From contig CAXVYR010000002.1 of assembly GCA_963666975.2 (NCBI GenBank), positions 64,001-128,000 on the forward strand: DNA of 64,000 bases, given 5' to 3'. Shown piece after piece: positions 9,667 to 20,220 of the stretch. The position numbers and the translations under genes were made by a program. Origin of the DNA: Terriglobia bacterium (GTDB lineage: Bacteria > Acidobacteriota > Terriglobia > 2-12-FULL-54-10). The notes beneath the pieces were generated by a model that saw only the letters and a program-made list of their open reading frames with translations, searched no databases and was not told the origin of the DNA. Every line of letters starts with the position of its first letter. The stretch's first letter is position 1.

Positions 9667-11061
9667 CTAGATCACCGGCCACTTGGGCTTGACCTTTTCT
9701 TCCAGCTTGGTTTTTTTCAAAATGCCCGGCATGAGGCGCGCGATTTCATCGTAAATTTTCTCTTCATCCACCGTTTGCAGTTGGCGGCCCTCCATCAGGA
9801 TTTTCCCGTCGCAAATCACCGTGTCCACGCTGCCACCCGTGGCGCTGTACACCAGGTTCGAGACAGGATTGTACAGAGGCTGCCATTGCGGCGTGCGGGC
9901 GTTGAAGAGGGTTACGTCCGCTTTTTTGCCGGCCTCGAGCGAGCCGATCTCTTTCTCCCAAAGGGCGCAGCGCGCACCATTGATGGTCGCCATCTCAATC
10001 ACTCGCTCGGGCGGCATCACGCCCGTGTTCAGCCGGACTTCCTTATAGACCCCCGCTTCCAACGACATCTCTTGCACCAGGTCCACAATCCCCGAAGAAG
10101 CATGGTCCGAGCCTAAGCCCACCGCCAAGCCCATCTCCAGAAACTCCGGAATCTTTCCCATCAAAATACAGCCGTACGCGTTATGCAGGCTGGAGCTGGG
10201 CGAGGAGACGATCTTCACGTCGGACTCCACCATCCACTGCAACTCATGCGGACTCACCCATGCCGAATGCACCAGAAGCAGATTGGGTCCCAGCACGCCG
10301 AGACGCTTCAAACGCTCGATCTCCGGCACGCCGAATTGTGTTTTGGAAGCCTCCATCGTATCCCTGGAAAAGCAGGCATGCGTTTGCACCCCGGTCCCAT
10401 AACGGTCGGCAAGCTCTTTGAGCCGTGTAATCAACTGGTCCGTTGAGTTAGGAATGCCTCGGAATTGAAACCAAGCGCGAATCCGGCCGTTGTAAGCGCC
10501 GTTCCATTCCTGGACCACTTTTTCCGCCCGTTCCACGGCTTGATCGGTGGTTTCAATGAACCTCTCCGGCAGCCGTCCAAAGCTCGATTTCGTGATATCC
10601 AAAGAACTCTTGGCGACGATGCAACGGATTCCAACCTCTCCCACAGCCCGCGCCGTTTGGTGCGGATGGTAGGTGCCGGCGTCAATAAACGTGGTCACCC
10701 CGTTGCGCAGCAACTCCAAGACGCACAGCATGGCGCTCCAGTAGCTTTCCTCTTCGGTTAATAACCCCTCATACGGGTACATGCGCTCGAAGAGAAATTT
10801 CTGCGCGCTGACCTCATCCGCCAGACCCCGGCTGAGATGAAAGGCGCTGTGCATGTGGCCATCGATCAGGCCGGGCAATACCACCTTGCCGCGGGCATCG
10901 ATCACCCGCCGTGCCGATGCATGTTGCGGTTCCAGGTCCTGGGTTTTGCCGATTGCGACGATTTGGTCGTCCCGGATAGCAATGGCGCCGGAGGTGAAAA
11001 TGCGCCGCTCCGCATCCACCGTGATCATCCAATCCGCATCCCGGATGAATATGTCAGTCAT
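9667..11061 (-). CDS. amidohydrolase, Atz/Trz/MtaD-like deaminase or chlorohydrolase
   Basis: PGLIDGHMH, QTH, LVH and GLGSD metal ligands; IGSLEAGKKAD C-terminal motif. Confidence 0.88.
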   Translation of the reverse strand: MTDIFIRDADWMITVDAERRIFTSGAIAIRDDQIVAIGKTQDLEPQHASARRVIDARGKVVLPGLIDGHMHSAFHLSRGLADEVSAQKFLFERMYPYEGLLTEEESYWSAMLCVLELLRNGVTTFIDAGTYHPHQTARAVGEVGIRCIVAKSSLDITKSSFGRLPERFIETTDQAVERAEKVVQEWNGAYNGRIRAWFQFRGIPNSTDQLITRLKELADRYGTGVQTHACFSRDTMEASKTQFGVPEIERLKRLGVLGPNLLLVHSAWVSPHELQWMVESDVKIVSSPSSSLHNAYGCILMGKIPEFLEMGLAVGLGSDHASSGIVDLVQEMSLEAGVYKEVRLNTGVMPPERVIEMATINGARCALWEKEIGSLEAGKKADVTLFNARTPQWQPLYNPVSNLVYSATGGSVDTVICDGKILMEGRQLQTVDEEKIYDEIARLMPGILKKTKLEEKVKPKWPVI

Positions 11062-11394
11062 ATCGATTGAGTCCTTCCGGATCGGCCCCCCATCGGCTGG
11101 AAATTACCCATTCCACAGTCACCGTTTTTCGACATGGGGGGGTCAGGGAAGATTTGCAATATTATCCATACCGCTTCAAATTGCAAGCAAAATCAATGGA
11201 TGGCGCGCCCTGAGGCGGGGGTTCTTTCCCTTGAGCGGACATCTTTCTTCTGCTACCCTTCCCTCCGCCGTAATTTCCGGTTGAGCGGGCACCGGCATTG
11301 CATCCGGCATTGAACCCATCATTGAATCCATTGAGGAATCTATTGAGGAAGCCATCATAATTTTCTTTTCCAGGAGGTCACCCAGGAGGTCGCG

Positions 11395-12411
11395 ATGATC
11401 CTAGATATCTTTCCGCACATCTTTCCCCGTCCCTTTTACGAGGCCATGTTGAAGACCGAGCGTTCCGCCTACATGCAGAGACGCGTCAGCGCCATTCCCG
11501 TTCTGCTCGACCTGGAATTGCGGTTCCGCATCATGGATCAGTTTCCCGGCTACCAGCAGGTCCTTACGATGGCCTCGCCTCCGCTGGAGGCCGCAGGAAC
11601 CCCTGAAACCTCGCCCGAGCTGGCACGCATCGCCAATGACGGGTTGGCTGAGCTGACAGCCAAGCACCCTGACCGCTTCCCGACCTTTGCAGCCTCTCTT
11701 CCAATGAACAACATGGATGCCTGCCTGACGGAGGTGGACCGCGTCGTCCAGCAGCTCGGAGCACGGGGCGTGCAGATATTCAGCAACGTGAACGGACGCC
11801 CTCTGGATGACCCCGAGTTCCGTCCGCTGTTTGAGCGAATGGCCGCGCACGACCTGCCCATCTGGCTGCATCCGATACGCAGCGCCTCTTTCCCTGACTA
11901 TCAGTCGGAAAAAAAGTCCCGCCATGAAATGTGGTTTATCTTCGGATGGCCCTATGAAACCAGCATCGCGATGAGCCGCATAGTCCTTGCCGGCATGTTT
12001 GCTGAGTTTCCGAACCTGAAAGTGATTGCGCACCACACGGGCGGCATGGTGCCTTTCTTCGAAGGCCGCGTTGGACCGGGTCTGGACACTTTGGGTTCCC
12101 GCACGCCAAAAGATGAACAGGACCTGGTCAAAACCAATCTCAAAGGACGCCCGATCGATCACTTTCGGAAGTTTTACGCCGATACAGCGTCGTTCGGAGC
12201 GGTGGGACAGATCGTATGCGGCATGGGTTTCTTTGGGGTGGACCACATGCTCTTCGCCTCCGATATGCCCTTTGACCCGGAAAAAGGACCCGGCTTTATC
12301 CGCGAGACCATCCGCGCGATCGAGGCGATGGCGATTGCGCCCACAGACCGCGCGAAAATCTACGAGGAGAATGCCCGCCGCGTTCTGAAGCTGCCCAAGG
12401 CGAGTTCTTAA
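11395..12411 (+). CDS. amidohydrolase-2 family protein (ACMSD/aromatic acid decarboxylase-like)
   Basis: DIFPH, PIWLHP, GWPYET, IAHHTGG, FASDMPF motifs; AGGAGG RBS. Confidence 0.88.
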   Translation: MILDIFPHIFPRPFYEAMLKTERSAYMQRRVSAIPVLLDLELRFRIMDQFPGYQQVLTMASPPLEAAGTPETSPELARIANDGLAELTAKHPDRFPTFAASLPMNNMDACLTEVDRVVQQLGARGVQIFSNVNGRPLDDPEFRPLFERMAAHDLPIWLHPIRSASFPDYQSEKKSRHEMWFIFGWPYETSIAMSRIVLAGMFAEFPNLKVIAHHTGGMVPFFEGRVGPGLDTLGSRTPKDEQDLVKTNLKGRPIDHFRKFYADTASFGAVGQIVCGMGFFGVDHMLFASDMPFDPEKGPGFIRETIRAIEAMAIAPTDRAKIYEENARRVLKLPKASS

Positions 12412-12498
12412 GAAACTTTGGGAGCAATCCGAGAATAGCAGGCTCTTTTATTTTTGGAGTTGCCTGCTGCTTTTTCGATCCTGCTGGCTTTCCTCTAA

Positions 12499-12628
12499 CA
12501 GCTTGTTGAAAAAAGGATTTTGAACGACGCTACGAACACGTAAATCGTTGTAACCCATTGATTCTTCGTTCGACGGCATTACAGAAAAGTGGTTTTCGGG
12601 CAGGCGAAAATGATTTTTCAACAAGCTG
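12499..12628. mobile_element. 130-bp MITE with 15-bp perfect terminal inverted repeats and a CTAA target duplication (IS5/IS1182-like ends)
   Basis: CTAA-CAGCTTGTTGAAAAA ... TTTTTCAACAAGCTG-CTAA, with no transposase inside. Confidence 0.88.
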
Positions 12629-12679
12629 CTAAGCGCTTTCCCCAAGTGTTTCTTTCTATCCGTGTAGCAGGGGGCCGGT

Positions 12680-14080
12680 TTGGAGGCTGCGAGCAAAGAC
12701 GAAAGCGGGACCAGAGAACGCGGCAGTGGCCCCTCCACAAGCCGGAATCGGCTCGTTTCCCTGGGAATCATCCTGGCAGCGATGGCGATTGTATTGTTTG
12801 CCGTTCCCCGGCCGGAGGCCATCCAGCCGGAAGGTTGGCGTCTGCTGGCCATCTTTGTGGGAACGGTCATAGCCCTGATGCTGAACCCGTTTGCGGGAGG
12901 CGCAGCGGTGCTCCTGGCAATTACGGCAACCATCGCCACCGGAACGCTTTCGCCCGGCGAGGCCTTGTCGGGCTATTCGAACCCTACCGTTTGGCTGGTG
13001 CTGGCAGCGTTTTTCATCGCCCGTTCCCTGCTCAAGACGGGCCTGGCGCGCCGGATCGCCCTCAATTTTGTCCGCCGCATAGGACACAGTTCGCTGGGAT
13101 TGGGTTACTCCATCGTCTTTTCCAACGTAGTCCTGGCCGCCGTGATCCCCTCCAACACGGCCCGCAGCGGCGGAGTGCTTCTTCCCATCACCCGGAGCTT
13201 GGCTGAAATCTACCACTCTCACCCGGGAGCTAGCAGCAGCCTGCTGGGAACGTTTTTGATGCTGACCCTGTATCAGGGAGACGTAATCGCCTGCGCAATG
13301 TTTTTGACCGGGCAGGCCAGCAACCTGCTGGGGCGGAATTCGCGACGTAGACAGCCCATGTTCCCGTCGATTGGACGCGATGGCTGTGGGCTGCCCTGCT
13401 CCCCGGACTGGTCTCGCTTGCGCTGGTGCCCTGGGTGATCTTCCGGATCACCAAACCCGGCATCGCACGCACTCCGGCCGCCGCGGAATTTGCCCGCAAG
13501 GAGCTCCAGGATATGGGCCCCAGGAGCCTCCAGGAAAATATCGTGCTGGCCGTTTTTATCGCCGTCTGTGGCTTGTGGATTACGGCGCGCTTCCATTCCT
13601 TCACCACGACCACCGTCGCCCTGCTCGGTGTCTCAGCACTGCTGGTCAGCGGCATCCTCACCTGGCGCGATGCCTTGGAAGAACATGCTGCCTGGGATGT
13701 GTTCATTTGGTACGGCGGGCTGTTTGCGATGGGGGAGTGCATTGCACGAGTTCGGCGTCACTTCTGAATTTGCCCGTTTGGTTTCCAGCCTCTTTACAGG
13801 ATGGGGCTGGCTATGGGTTTTGTTCCTGATTGGATTAATTTTTTTCTACGCCCATTATGGTTTTGCCAGCATCACGGCTCACATGGTCTCCATGTACCCT
13901 CCTTTTTTAGGCGTGTTGCTGCTGCTCGGAGCGCCGCCCGGGGCAGCCGCCTTTCTCCTGCTCTTCTTCGCTAATCTCAACGCCGGCTTGACCCACTACG
14001 GGACCGTCCCCGCCCCGATCGTCTTTGGGACAGGCTACGTCTCGCAAGGACTCTGGTGGAAGGTAGGATTCCTCGTGTAG
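12680..14080 (+). pseudogene. DASS family anion (di/tricarboxylate) permease, frameshifted
   Basis: TGLARRIAL, PSNTARSGG, MFLTGQASN, WDVFIWYGG, HYGFASITAH and LTHYGT motifs are split over three frames (shifts near 13330 and 13735), with an early stop at 14080. Confidence 0.85.
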
Positions 14081-14378
14081 CGCCATCCTGCAAAAACGCA
14101 ATCGCATCAAGGAAAAAACTATGATCTTAAGAAAACAGTTGCACTTTAAAAGAAGGGCGGCCTAACATCAACCCAGAGGAGCCAGAACACTACCTTATTT
14201 TCTTACCCTCTGTGTCCCAAATTATCTGACGACGTACACTTCCGTGCCGCCTAAAGAGCATTTGGAGAAAGTCGCCGCCGCCTGGGCAAGCTACGGAATT
14301 GGGGAAGTCAAGCCCAAGGAGAAATAACAGAACCGATCTGTCCCCTGGATTTTGTTCTGTAATGTCCGGCTTTTCAGC

Positions 14379-15881
14379 ATGACGGATTCCCAGACCCAGA
14401 ATCCGCGCAAGACCCGATGTAAGCGCACCATGAAGCTGCTGCTGCAATTCGCCTCCGGTCCTTTTACTCTTCTTGTTTTGTATCTGCTTCCCTATGACGC
14501 CCCATCGTCAGACGGCCGCATCGCGCTGGCAATCTTCGGGTGGATGGTGATGTGGTGGATGACCCAGCCGGTCCCTTGGGCCATCACCGCAGTGCTCCCG
14601 CTGTTGTTGTTCCCGGGCTTTCAGCTCATGACGATTGGCAATACCGTCAGCCTGTACGGGCAAAACATTTTCTTTTGGGTCATGGGCACGATCCTGATGG
14701 GTTATGCGATGCAGCGCCATGGGCTGGCGAAACGCTTTGCACTTTGGTTTTTGTCGCGGCGCGCGGTGGGCGGCAACACCTACCGCTTGGTCTTCGGGTT
14801 TATGCTGGTGACAGCCCTGGTCTCGATCTTTATTTCCAACGCCGCCACGGTAGCCATGATGATGCCCGTGGGGATATCTCTGGTCTCTTTTGTCCGGACG
14901 ATCTCGGGGATCGCCCCCTCGAAAAAGAGCAATTTGGGAGCCTTGATGGCGCTCGGCGCCCTCTACGGTGCGGTAGCCGGCGGCACAGCCAGCATGATGG
15001 GAACTCCTTACAATGCCTTGAGCGTTGACCTGTTGCAAACACTGACCGGACGCGCTTTCGGATTTTTCAACTGGATGGCCGCTTGCGTGCCCATTTTCCT
15101 GGTCACACTCGTTACGTTCTATTTTGTCCTGCGCTTGTTCTTGCGGCCTGAGATTATACGCATTCCCGGCGGCGAGGAGTTTATCCGGGGGGAACGAGAC
15201 AAGATGGGCAGCCTCACTGCGGGCGAGCGAGCCACCCTTTTCGTTTTTCTGGTGATGGTCTTCCTGTTCACGCTGCCGACGCTGATCGATTTGACGCTGG
15301 GCACGGAGCACTCGCTGGCGAAGTGGGCTGACACGGCGCTGTCCATCTGGATTGTGCCGCCTACGATTTTGCTGCTGCTGTTCTCGGTGCCGGCGAATTG
15401 GAGAAAAGCCGAATTCGTCTTGACGTGGCGCGAGGCGGTAGAGCACGCCCCCTGGAACATCATGATCCTGTGCACGGGGGCAGTGGCCGTCACCAGCGCG
15501 CTCGTTCAGTTTGGCTTCGTCGATTTCGCAAAAACCCTGGTCGCCGGGATGGGCCTGGGTCAGTATTCGGTACCGTTCGTCTCTGCTTTGCTTGTGGCTC
15601 TCGGCACCAACTTCCTCTCCGGAACGGCAGCCACCGCGCTGTTCGGGACCATCTTGATCCCGGCATCCCAGCAGATCGGTTTTAACCCCGCCTCCATGGC
15701 TATGCTGATTCCCAACGTGGCTACGGGAATCATGCTGCCCTGGGCAGGCGCAACGGCGGGAACGGCCTTCGCCACCGGCGAGGTGGATATGAAGAACATG
15801 ATCCGGGTCGGCGCGGTCGCCACGTTAGTGTTCTCGTTGCTGGTGGCAGGTATCCACACGTTGCTGGCTCCCATCGTCTAG
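14379..15881 (+). CDS. SLC13/DASS family sodium:dicarboxylate-type permease
   Basis: HGLAKRFAL, FISNAATVAMMMP and GGTASMMGTPYN motifs; many TM helices. Start may be 14430. Confidence 0.9.
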   Translation: MTDSQTQNPRKTRCKRTMKLLLQFASGPFTLLVLYLLPYDAPSSDGRIALAIFGWMVMWWMTQPVPWAITAVLPLLLFPGFQLMTIGNTVSLYGQNIFFWVMGTILMGYAMQRHGLAKRFALWFLSRRAVGGNTYRLVFGFMLVTALVSIFISNAATVAMMMPVGISLVSFVRTISGIAPSKKSNLGALMALGALYGAVAGGTASMMGTPYNALSVDLLQTLTGRAFGFFNWMAACVPIFLVTLVTFYFVLRLFLRPEIIRIPGGEEFIRGERDKMGSLTAGERATLFVFLVMVFLFTLPTLIDLTLGTEHSLAKWADTALSIWIVPPTILLLLFSVPANWRKAEFVLTWREAVEHAPWNIMILCTGAVAVTSALVQFGFVDFAKTLVAGMGLGQYSVPFVSALLVALGTNFLSGTAATALFGTILIPASQQIGFNPASMAMLIPNVATGIMLPWAGATAGTAFATGEVDMKNMIRVGAVATLVFSLLVAGIHTLLAPIV

Positions 15882-15896
15882 CAGGTTGTTGAAAAA
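15878..15896 (+). mobile_element. solo MITE/IS end related to the 12499 element
   Basis: CTAG-CAGGTTGTTGAAAAA overlapping the permease stop codon; one mismatch to the MITE TIR. Confidence 0.6.
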
Positions 15897-15931
15897 CGCC
15901 ATTTGCCCGCTTCCATTTCCCTCCCGAACCT

Positions 15932-17596
15932 TTACAGCCGGGGCTTATACCCTCTTCCGTATATAACCTTTCCCGGACGAGCCTTCGTATGTTCGCCGTT
16001 GTCGATGACGAGCACTCCGTTGACGAGCACGTAGGATATCCCCTCCGGATAGGATTGCGGCTTGTCGAATGAGTTGGTCCCGCGCACTTGGACCGGATCG
16101 AATACCACCACATCGGCGGCAAATCCTTCCCGCAACAGTCCCCGGTCCCGCAAGCCGAGAATCTGCGCAGGCAGCGAGGTCATCTTGCGCACCGCCTCCT
16201 CGATTGCCAGCACCTTCTCGTCCCGGACGTAGTGTCCAAGCACGCGAGAGTTGGTATTGTAGTTCCGTGGATGGGGCACGCCCGGGGCCTCCAGGTTGAT
16301 GGCCGAACCGTCGCTGGCGTGCGCGACCCACGGCTGCCGCATCACCAGGCGGACATCCTCCTCCGACATCGCGTGAAAGACGCCGCTGATGCGGCCTCCC
16401 TCTTCAGCCATCAAAGTGATACAGGTATCGGCTGGATCGGCATCCCCGCGCAGCCGGGCGATCTCCGCCACGCTCATTCCCTCATATTTTTCGTTCTCCC
16501 GCGTGGAGGCGAGGGCCATCGTGATCCCTTCCCACCAACCGTGCTCCTTTGCCCAAGCGATAAACTCCGGGTCCTTCTTGATCTTCTCTCGCAAAGACAG
16601 GTCCTTCAGCCGCCCGGCGAACTTGTCCGGGCCGCCCTCCCTCATCCACAATGGAAAAAACGAACTCCAGTTGTGGAACATAGCGGTATACGGGTACTGA
16701 TTGGCGGTGATCTCAAGGCCACGGGCGCGCGCCGCTTCGATCTGCGCGATGAAGGAACTCATCGTCCCCCAATTCTCGCGGGCTCTTACTTTCAGGTGAA
16801 ACAGATGCACGGGGATCGGCACTTGCTCCGCTACCCGGACCGCAAAGGCAATTTCCTTTTCCTGCTCGAATCCCTCGCTGCCGATGTGCGAGGCGTAGAT
16901 GCCGCCGTAAGAGGCGGCCACCTTGGCCAGGGCGATGGCCTCTTCGGGATGCACCGGGCCACCGCTCTCGAAACGGGTCACAAGGCCCCAGGCCCCCTCT
17001 TCCATCGACCTTGCGGCCAACTGCTTCATCCGCTCCAGCTCGGCCGGGGAAGCCGCCCGCGATTCATATCCCAGAACCACGAGCCGAATCTGTTGCAAGG
17101 AAACGTAAGAAATGACGTTCATCGAAATTGTTTTGCGCCGGAGCAACTCAAAGTAGCCTGTGAAGGTTGTCCAATCGATGCGAACACCGCTGCGGCCTTC
17201 CGCCGGAGGCAGCCCATCGCGCGGAGCAACCGTTGTGGATTCGCCCAGCACGTCTAGGGTGACCCCTTGCCGGACCTTGCTTTGCGCATCTCCGTCCGCC
17301 AACAGCGGCATGTCGGAGTGGGTGTGCAGATCGATGAATCCGGGAGCGACAGTCAGTCCTCTCGCGTCGATAACCCGGGCGGCCTGCGCGCCAGCCAGCC
17401 GGCCAACCGCTGCAATGCGGCCTGCCGTGATCGCGACATCGCCCCGGAACCAGGGATTGCCTGTCCCATCTACAATCCGCCCGCCGCGAATCAACAGATC
17501 GTACGTCTCACTCTGAGAGGATTGCGCGTGCAGGCCGGACACCGCGCTCAGACACACCACCATGACTGCCAGCCACAATTCACATCGCAGGATCAT
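15932..17596 (-). CDS. exported N-acyl-D-amino-acid deacylase family amidohydrolase
   Basis: Signal peptide, DGTGNPWFRGDVAI, PGFIDLHTHSD, QYPY, HPRNY, EAVRKMTSLPA motifs. Confidence 0.9.
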   Translation of the reverse strand: MILRCELWLAVMVVCLSAVSGLHAQSSQSETYDLLIRGGRIVDGTGNPWFRGDVAITAGRIAAVGRLAGAQAARVIDARGLTVAPGFIDLHTHSDMPLLADGDAQSKVRQGVTLDVLGESTTVAPRDGLPPAEGRSGVRIDWTTFTGYFELLRRKTISMNVISYVSLQQIRLVVLGYESRAASPAELERMKQLAARSMEEGAWGLVTRFESGGPVHPEEAIALAKVAASYGGIYASHIGSEGFEQEKEIAFAVRVAEQVPIPVHLFHLKVRARENWGTMSSFIAQIEAARARGLEITANQYPYTAMFHNWSSFFPLWMREGGPDKFAGRLKDLSLREKIKKDPEFIAWAKEHGWWEGITMALASTRENEKYEGMSVAEIARLRGDADPADTCITLMAEEGGRISGVFHAMSEEDVRLVMRQPWVAHASDGSAINLEAPGVPHPRNYNTNSRVLGHYVRDEKVLAIEEAVRKMTSLPAQILGLRDRGLLREGFAADVVVFDPVQVRGTNSFDKPQSYPEGISYVLVNGVLVIDNGEHTKARPGKVIYGRGYKPRL

Positions 17597-17744
17597 GATC
17601 AGCGCTCCTTTTTAGCTGAGGTTTACTATTGCCGCTTCCGCATTGCGACCCATGTTACGCCAGCCCTTTTCATCGTTCAAGGTTCAAGCGTGGACCAAGG
17701 TTCAAGCATGGTTCAAGCAAGCGCTCCGCCCATGAACCACCAGC

Positions 17745-20183
17745 TTGACCTTGAAAGCAACCATCGCTTCTGCTAAACTTTTTTTGCGGCAAATCTTGCG
17801 TTTGATCTGTCTAAAAACTAACTTGCAAAATACAACGGCTCACAAGCATGAGGCTTTATTCGCGCAGAACTGTAGTGTGCGCCGCGGACTTCTGCTGGCT
17901 ATCCTACCCCTGCTGTATGCGCTAGCCTCCCCGCTCGGACTCGCTCAGAACACTGCGGGCAATGGAACTAGAACACACGGCCAGAAGACCATCACCGCCG
18001 TGCGGACGGAATTGCCCGTGACCTTGGACGGAAACCTCGACGAGCCGGCCTGGCAGGCTGGCCGGATCTCCCTGGGTTTTGTGCAAAGAGACCCCCAGGA
18101 AGGCGAGCCCTCCACGGAGAGAACTGAATTTCGCGTCCTCTATACCGCGACCATCTTATATATCGGTGTCGTCTGCTATGACTCCAACCCCGAAGGGATC
18201 GTGGCCAGCGAACGGCGGCGGGACAATGATCTTGGAAACGACGACAGCTTGAGCATCGTTCTGGACACCTTCCACGATCACCGCAACGCCTTCCTGTTTC
18301 GGACCAACCCGCTCGGGACTCAATACGACGCCCTGATCACCGACGAGGGGAGGGATATCAACGAAAGCTGGGACGAGACATGGGACGTAGCGAGCCAGAT
18401 CAGCACGGTGAGCTGGACCGCTGAGTTCGCTATTCCGTTTAAGAGCCTGCGGGTAAGCGAAGACGACGCTCAAAACTGGGGATTGGACCTGGAGCGCGTG
18501 ATTCGGCGGAAGAATGAGTTTTCCTACTGGAACAGCTTCCGACGCGATTTTCAGCTGGAAGACGTCTCGCAGGGAGGACATCTGGAAGGACTGGAGGCCA
18601 TTGAAACAGGGCTGCGGTTGAGGGTCAAGCCGTACGTGTTGGGAGGGTTTGTCAACGAACGCAGGCTCAATCCAACACCTGGGGCAACCGATGCGTTCCG
18701 GAGCACGACTCGCAATTCTTCCGATGTCGGCATGGAGGTGTTGAAATACCGCATCACGCCCAGTCTGACCGCCGATGTGACCTGGCGAACCGACTTTGCC
18801 CAAACCGAAGTGGACGACCAGCAAGTAAACCTGAGCCGCTTCCCGCTATTCTTCCCCGAAAAAAGGGAGTTCTTCCAGGAAGGCGCTGGTGTCTACGAGT
18901 TTGGTGTGGCCTTGGGCGAGGGCTCACGAGCGGCCATGAAGCTATTTCACAGCCGACGAATCGGCCTTTCCCGCAGGCGGCTGCCCGTGCCCATCATCGC
19001 CGGCGCGCGCATCACGGGCAAGCTCCAGGGCTTTACGCTGGGCCTGTTGAACGTCCAGACCGAGGCTTTGCCGTCGGAAAACATCGCAGCCAGCAACTAC
19101 GGTGTCCTGCGAGTGAAACGGGATATCCTGGCGCGTTCCACTATAGGCGGCTTCCTGGTCAGCCGCGAGCAAGGGGGAACCAGCGATTACAACCGCGTCT
19201 TCGGCGCCGACGCCAACTTTATATTCTTCCAGCACCTGACCGTGGGGGGATTCGTAGGTAAATCCAGCGAGCCGAATTCGAAGGGTGACAACTGGACAAC
19301 CGCTGGCAAGATCGATTGGAACAGCGACTTCCTGGGCGTTGGGACTTCCTGGCTGGTCGTGGACCCTAACTTCCGGGACGACGTTGGATTTGTTCCCCGC
19401 AGAAATATGCGGCAGTTTTCGCCATCGATTCAATTCAGGCCACGTCCCGCCAACAACCCATACATCCGGCAGTTCATCATCCGGGCCCGCTCGGACTACA
19501 CCATGAGCCAGCAGAACGTGCTCCAGACCCGCATCAACCACTACGCCTTTGAAATCCGCTTTCAGGACGGCGGTGTCCTGGCATGGAATCCGCATACCCG
19601 CCTGGACCGGCCGGAGGAACCCTTCCGTATCCGTCCGGATATCGTCCTCCCTCCGGGGCTATTATACAGTTGGTGGAATAACGGCTTCCGCTACCGGTCG
19701 AACCCGGCCAAGCAATTCTCGTGGTTCGCCACCTGGAGCCACCATTTCGGCTACTACCGGGGGGGGACGCTTGACAGTTTGAGGCTCAGCGGGCGGCTCC
19801 GGCTGAGCGAACAGTTATCCATCGAACCGGAATATGACTTGAATAATGCCACCCTGCCGGCGGGAGTTTACATGGACGACGATGGGATTTTCCCCGACAC
19901 GGACGGCAAATTTACCGACCACGTGGTCAACACTCGCCTCAACTACAACTTCAACAATCAGTGGCTCACCAGCACCACCATCCAATACAACAGCAGCGAC
20001 TCTTTCCTGGGGTTCAACTTCCGGCTGAACTACATCTTCCGCCCCGGCGACGACCTCTTCCTGGTTTATAACGAGGGCCGGCAGCCCGTGTTCGATGACG
20101 AAGGCCACCGGGTTGCGGGACTACTCGACGGCCGGCGGGACCGTTCCCTGCAGGTCAAGCTTACCTACTCGTTCGACTACTAG
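17745..20183 (+). CDS. CBM9-like domain + DUF5916 outer-membrane beta-barrel protein
   Basis: LDGNLDEPAW, WTAEFAIPFKSLR, DFAQTEVD..VNLSRFPLFFPEKREFF motifs and a C-terminal KLTYSFDY. True start uncertain (possibly near 17877). Confidence 0.85.
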   Translation: MTLKATIASAKLFLRQILRLICLKTNLQNTTAHKHEALFAQNCSVRRGLLLAILPLLYALASPLGLAQNTAGNGTRTHGQKTITAVRTELPVTLDGNLDEPAWQAGRISLGFVQRDPQEGEPSTERTEFRVLYTATILYIGVVCYDSNPEGIVASERRRDNDLGNDDSLSIVLDTFHDHRNAFLFRTNPLGTQYDALITDEGRDINESWDETWDVASQISTVSWTAEFAIPFKSLRVSEDDAQNWGLDLERVIRRKNEFSYWNSFRRDFQLEDVSQGGHLEGLEAIETGLRLRVKPYVLGGFVNERRLNPTPGATDAFRSTTRNSSDVGMEVLKYRITPSLTADVTWRTDFAQTEVDDQQVNLSRFPLFFPEKREFFQEGAGVYEFGVALGEGSRAAMKLFHSRRIGLSRRRLPVPIIAGARITGKLQGFTLGLLNVQTEALPSENIAASNYGVLRVKRDILARSTIGGFLVSREQGGTSDYNRVFGADANFIFFQHLTVGGFVGKSSEPNSKGDNWTTAGKIDWNSDFLGVGTSWLVVDPNFRDDVGFVPRRNMRQFSPSIQFRPRPANNPYIRQFIIRARSDYTMSQQNVLQTRINHYAFEIRFQDGGVLAWNPHTRLDRPEEPFRIRPDIVLPPGLLYSWWNNGFRYRSNPAKQFSWFATWSHHFGYYRGGTLDSLRLSGRLRLSEQLSIEPEYDLNNATLPAGVYMDDDGIFPDTDGKFTDHVVNTRLNYNFNNQWLTSTTIQYNSSDSFLGFNFRLNYIFRPGDDLFLVYNEGRQPVFDDEGHRVAGLLDGRRDRSLQVKLTYSFDY

Positions 20184-20220
20184 CGCACTTTCACCGTTCG
20201 TGTATAGTCAGAGCCCGCGC

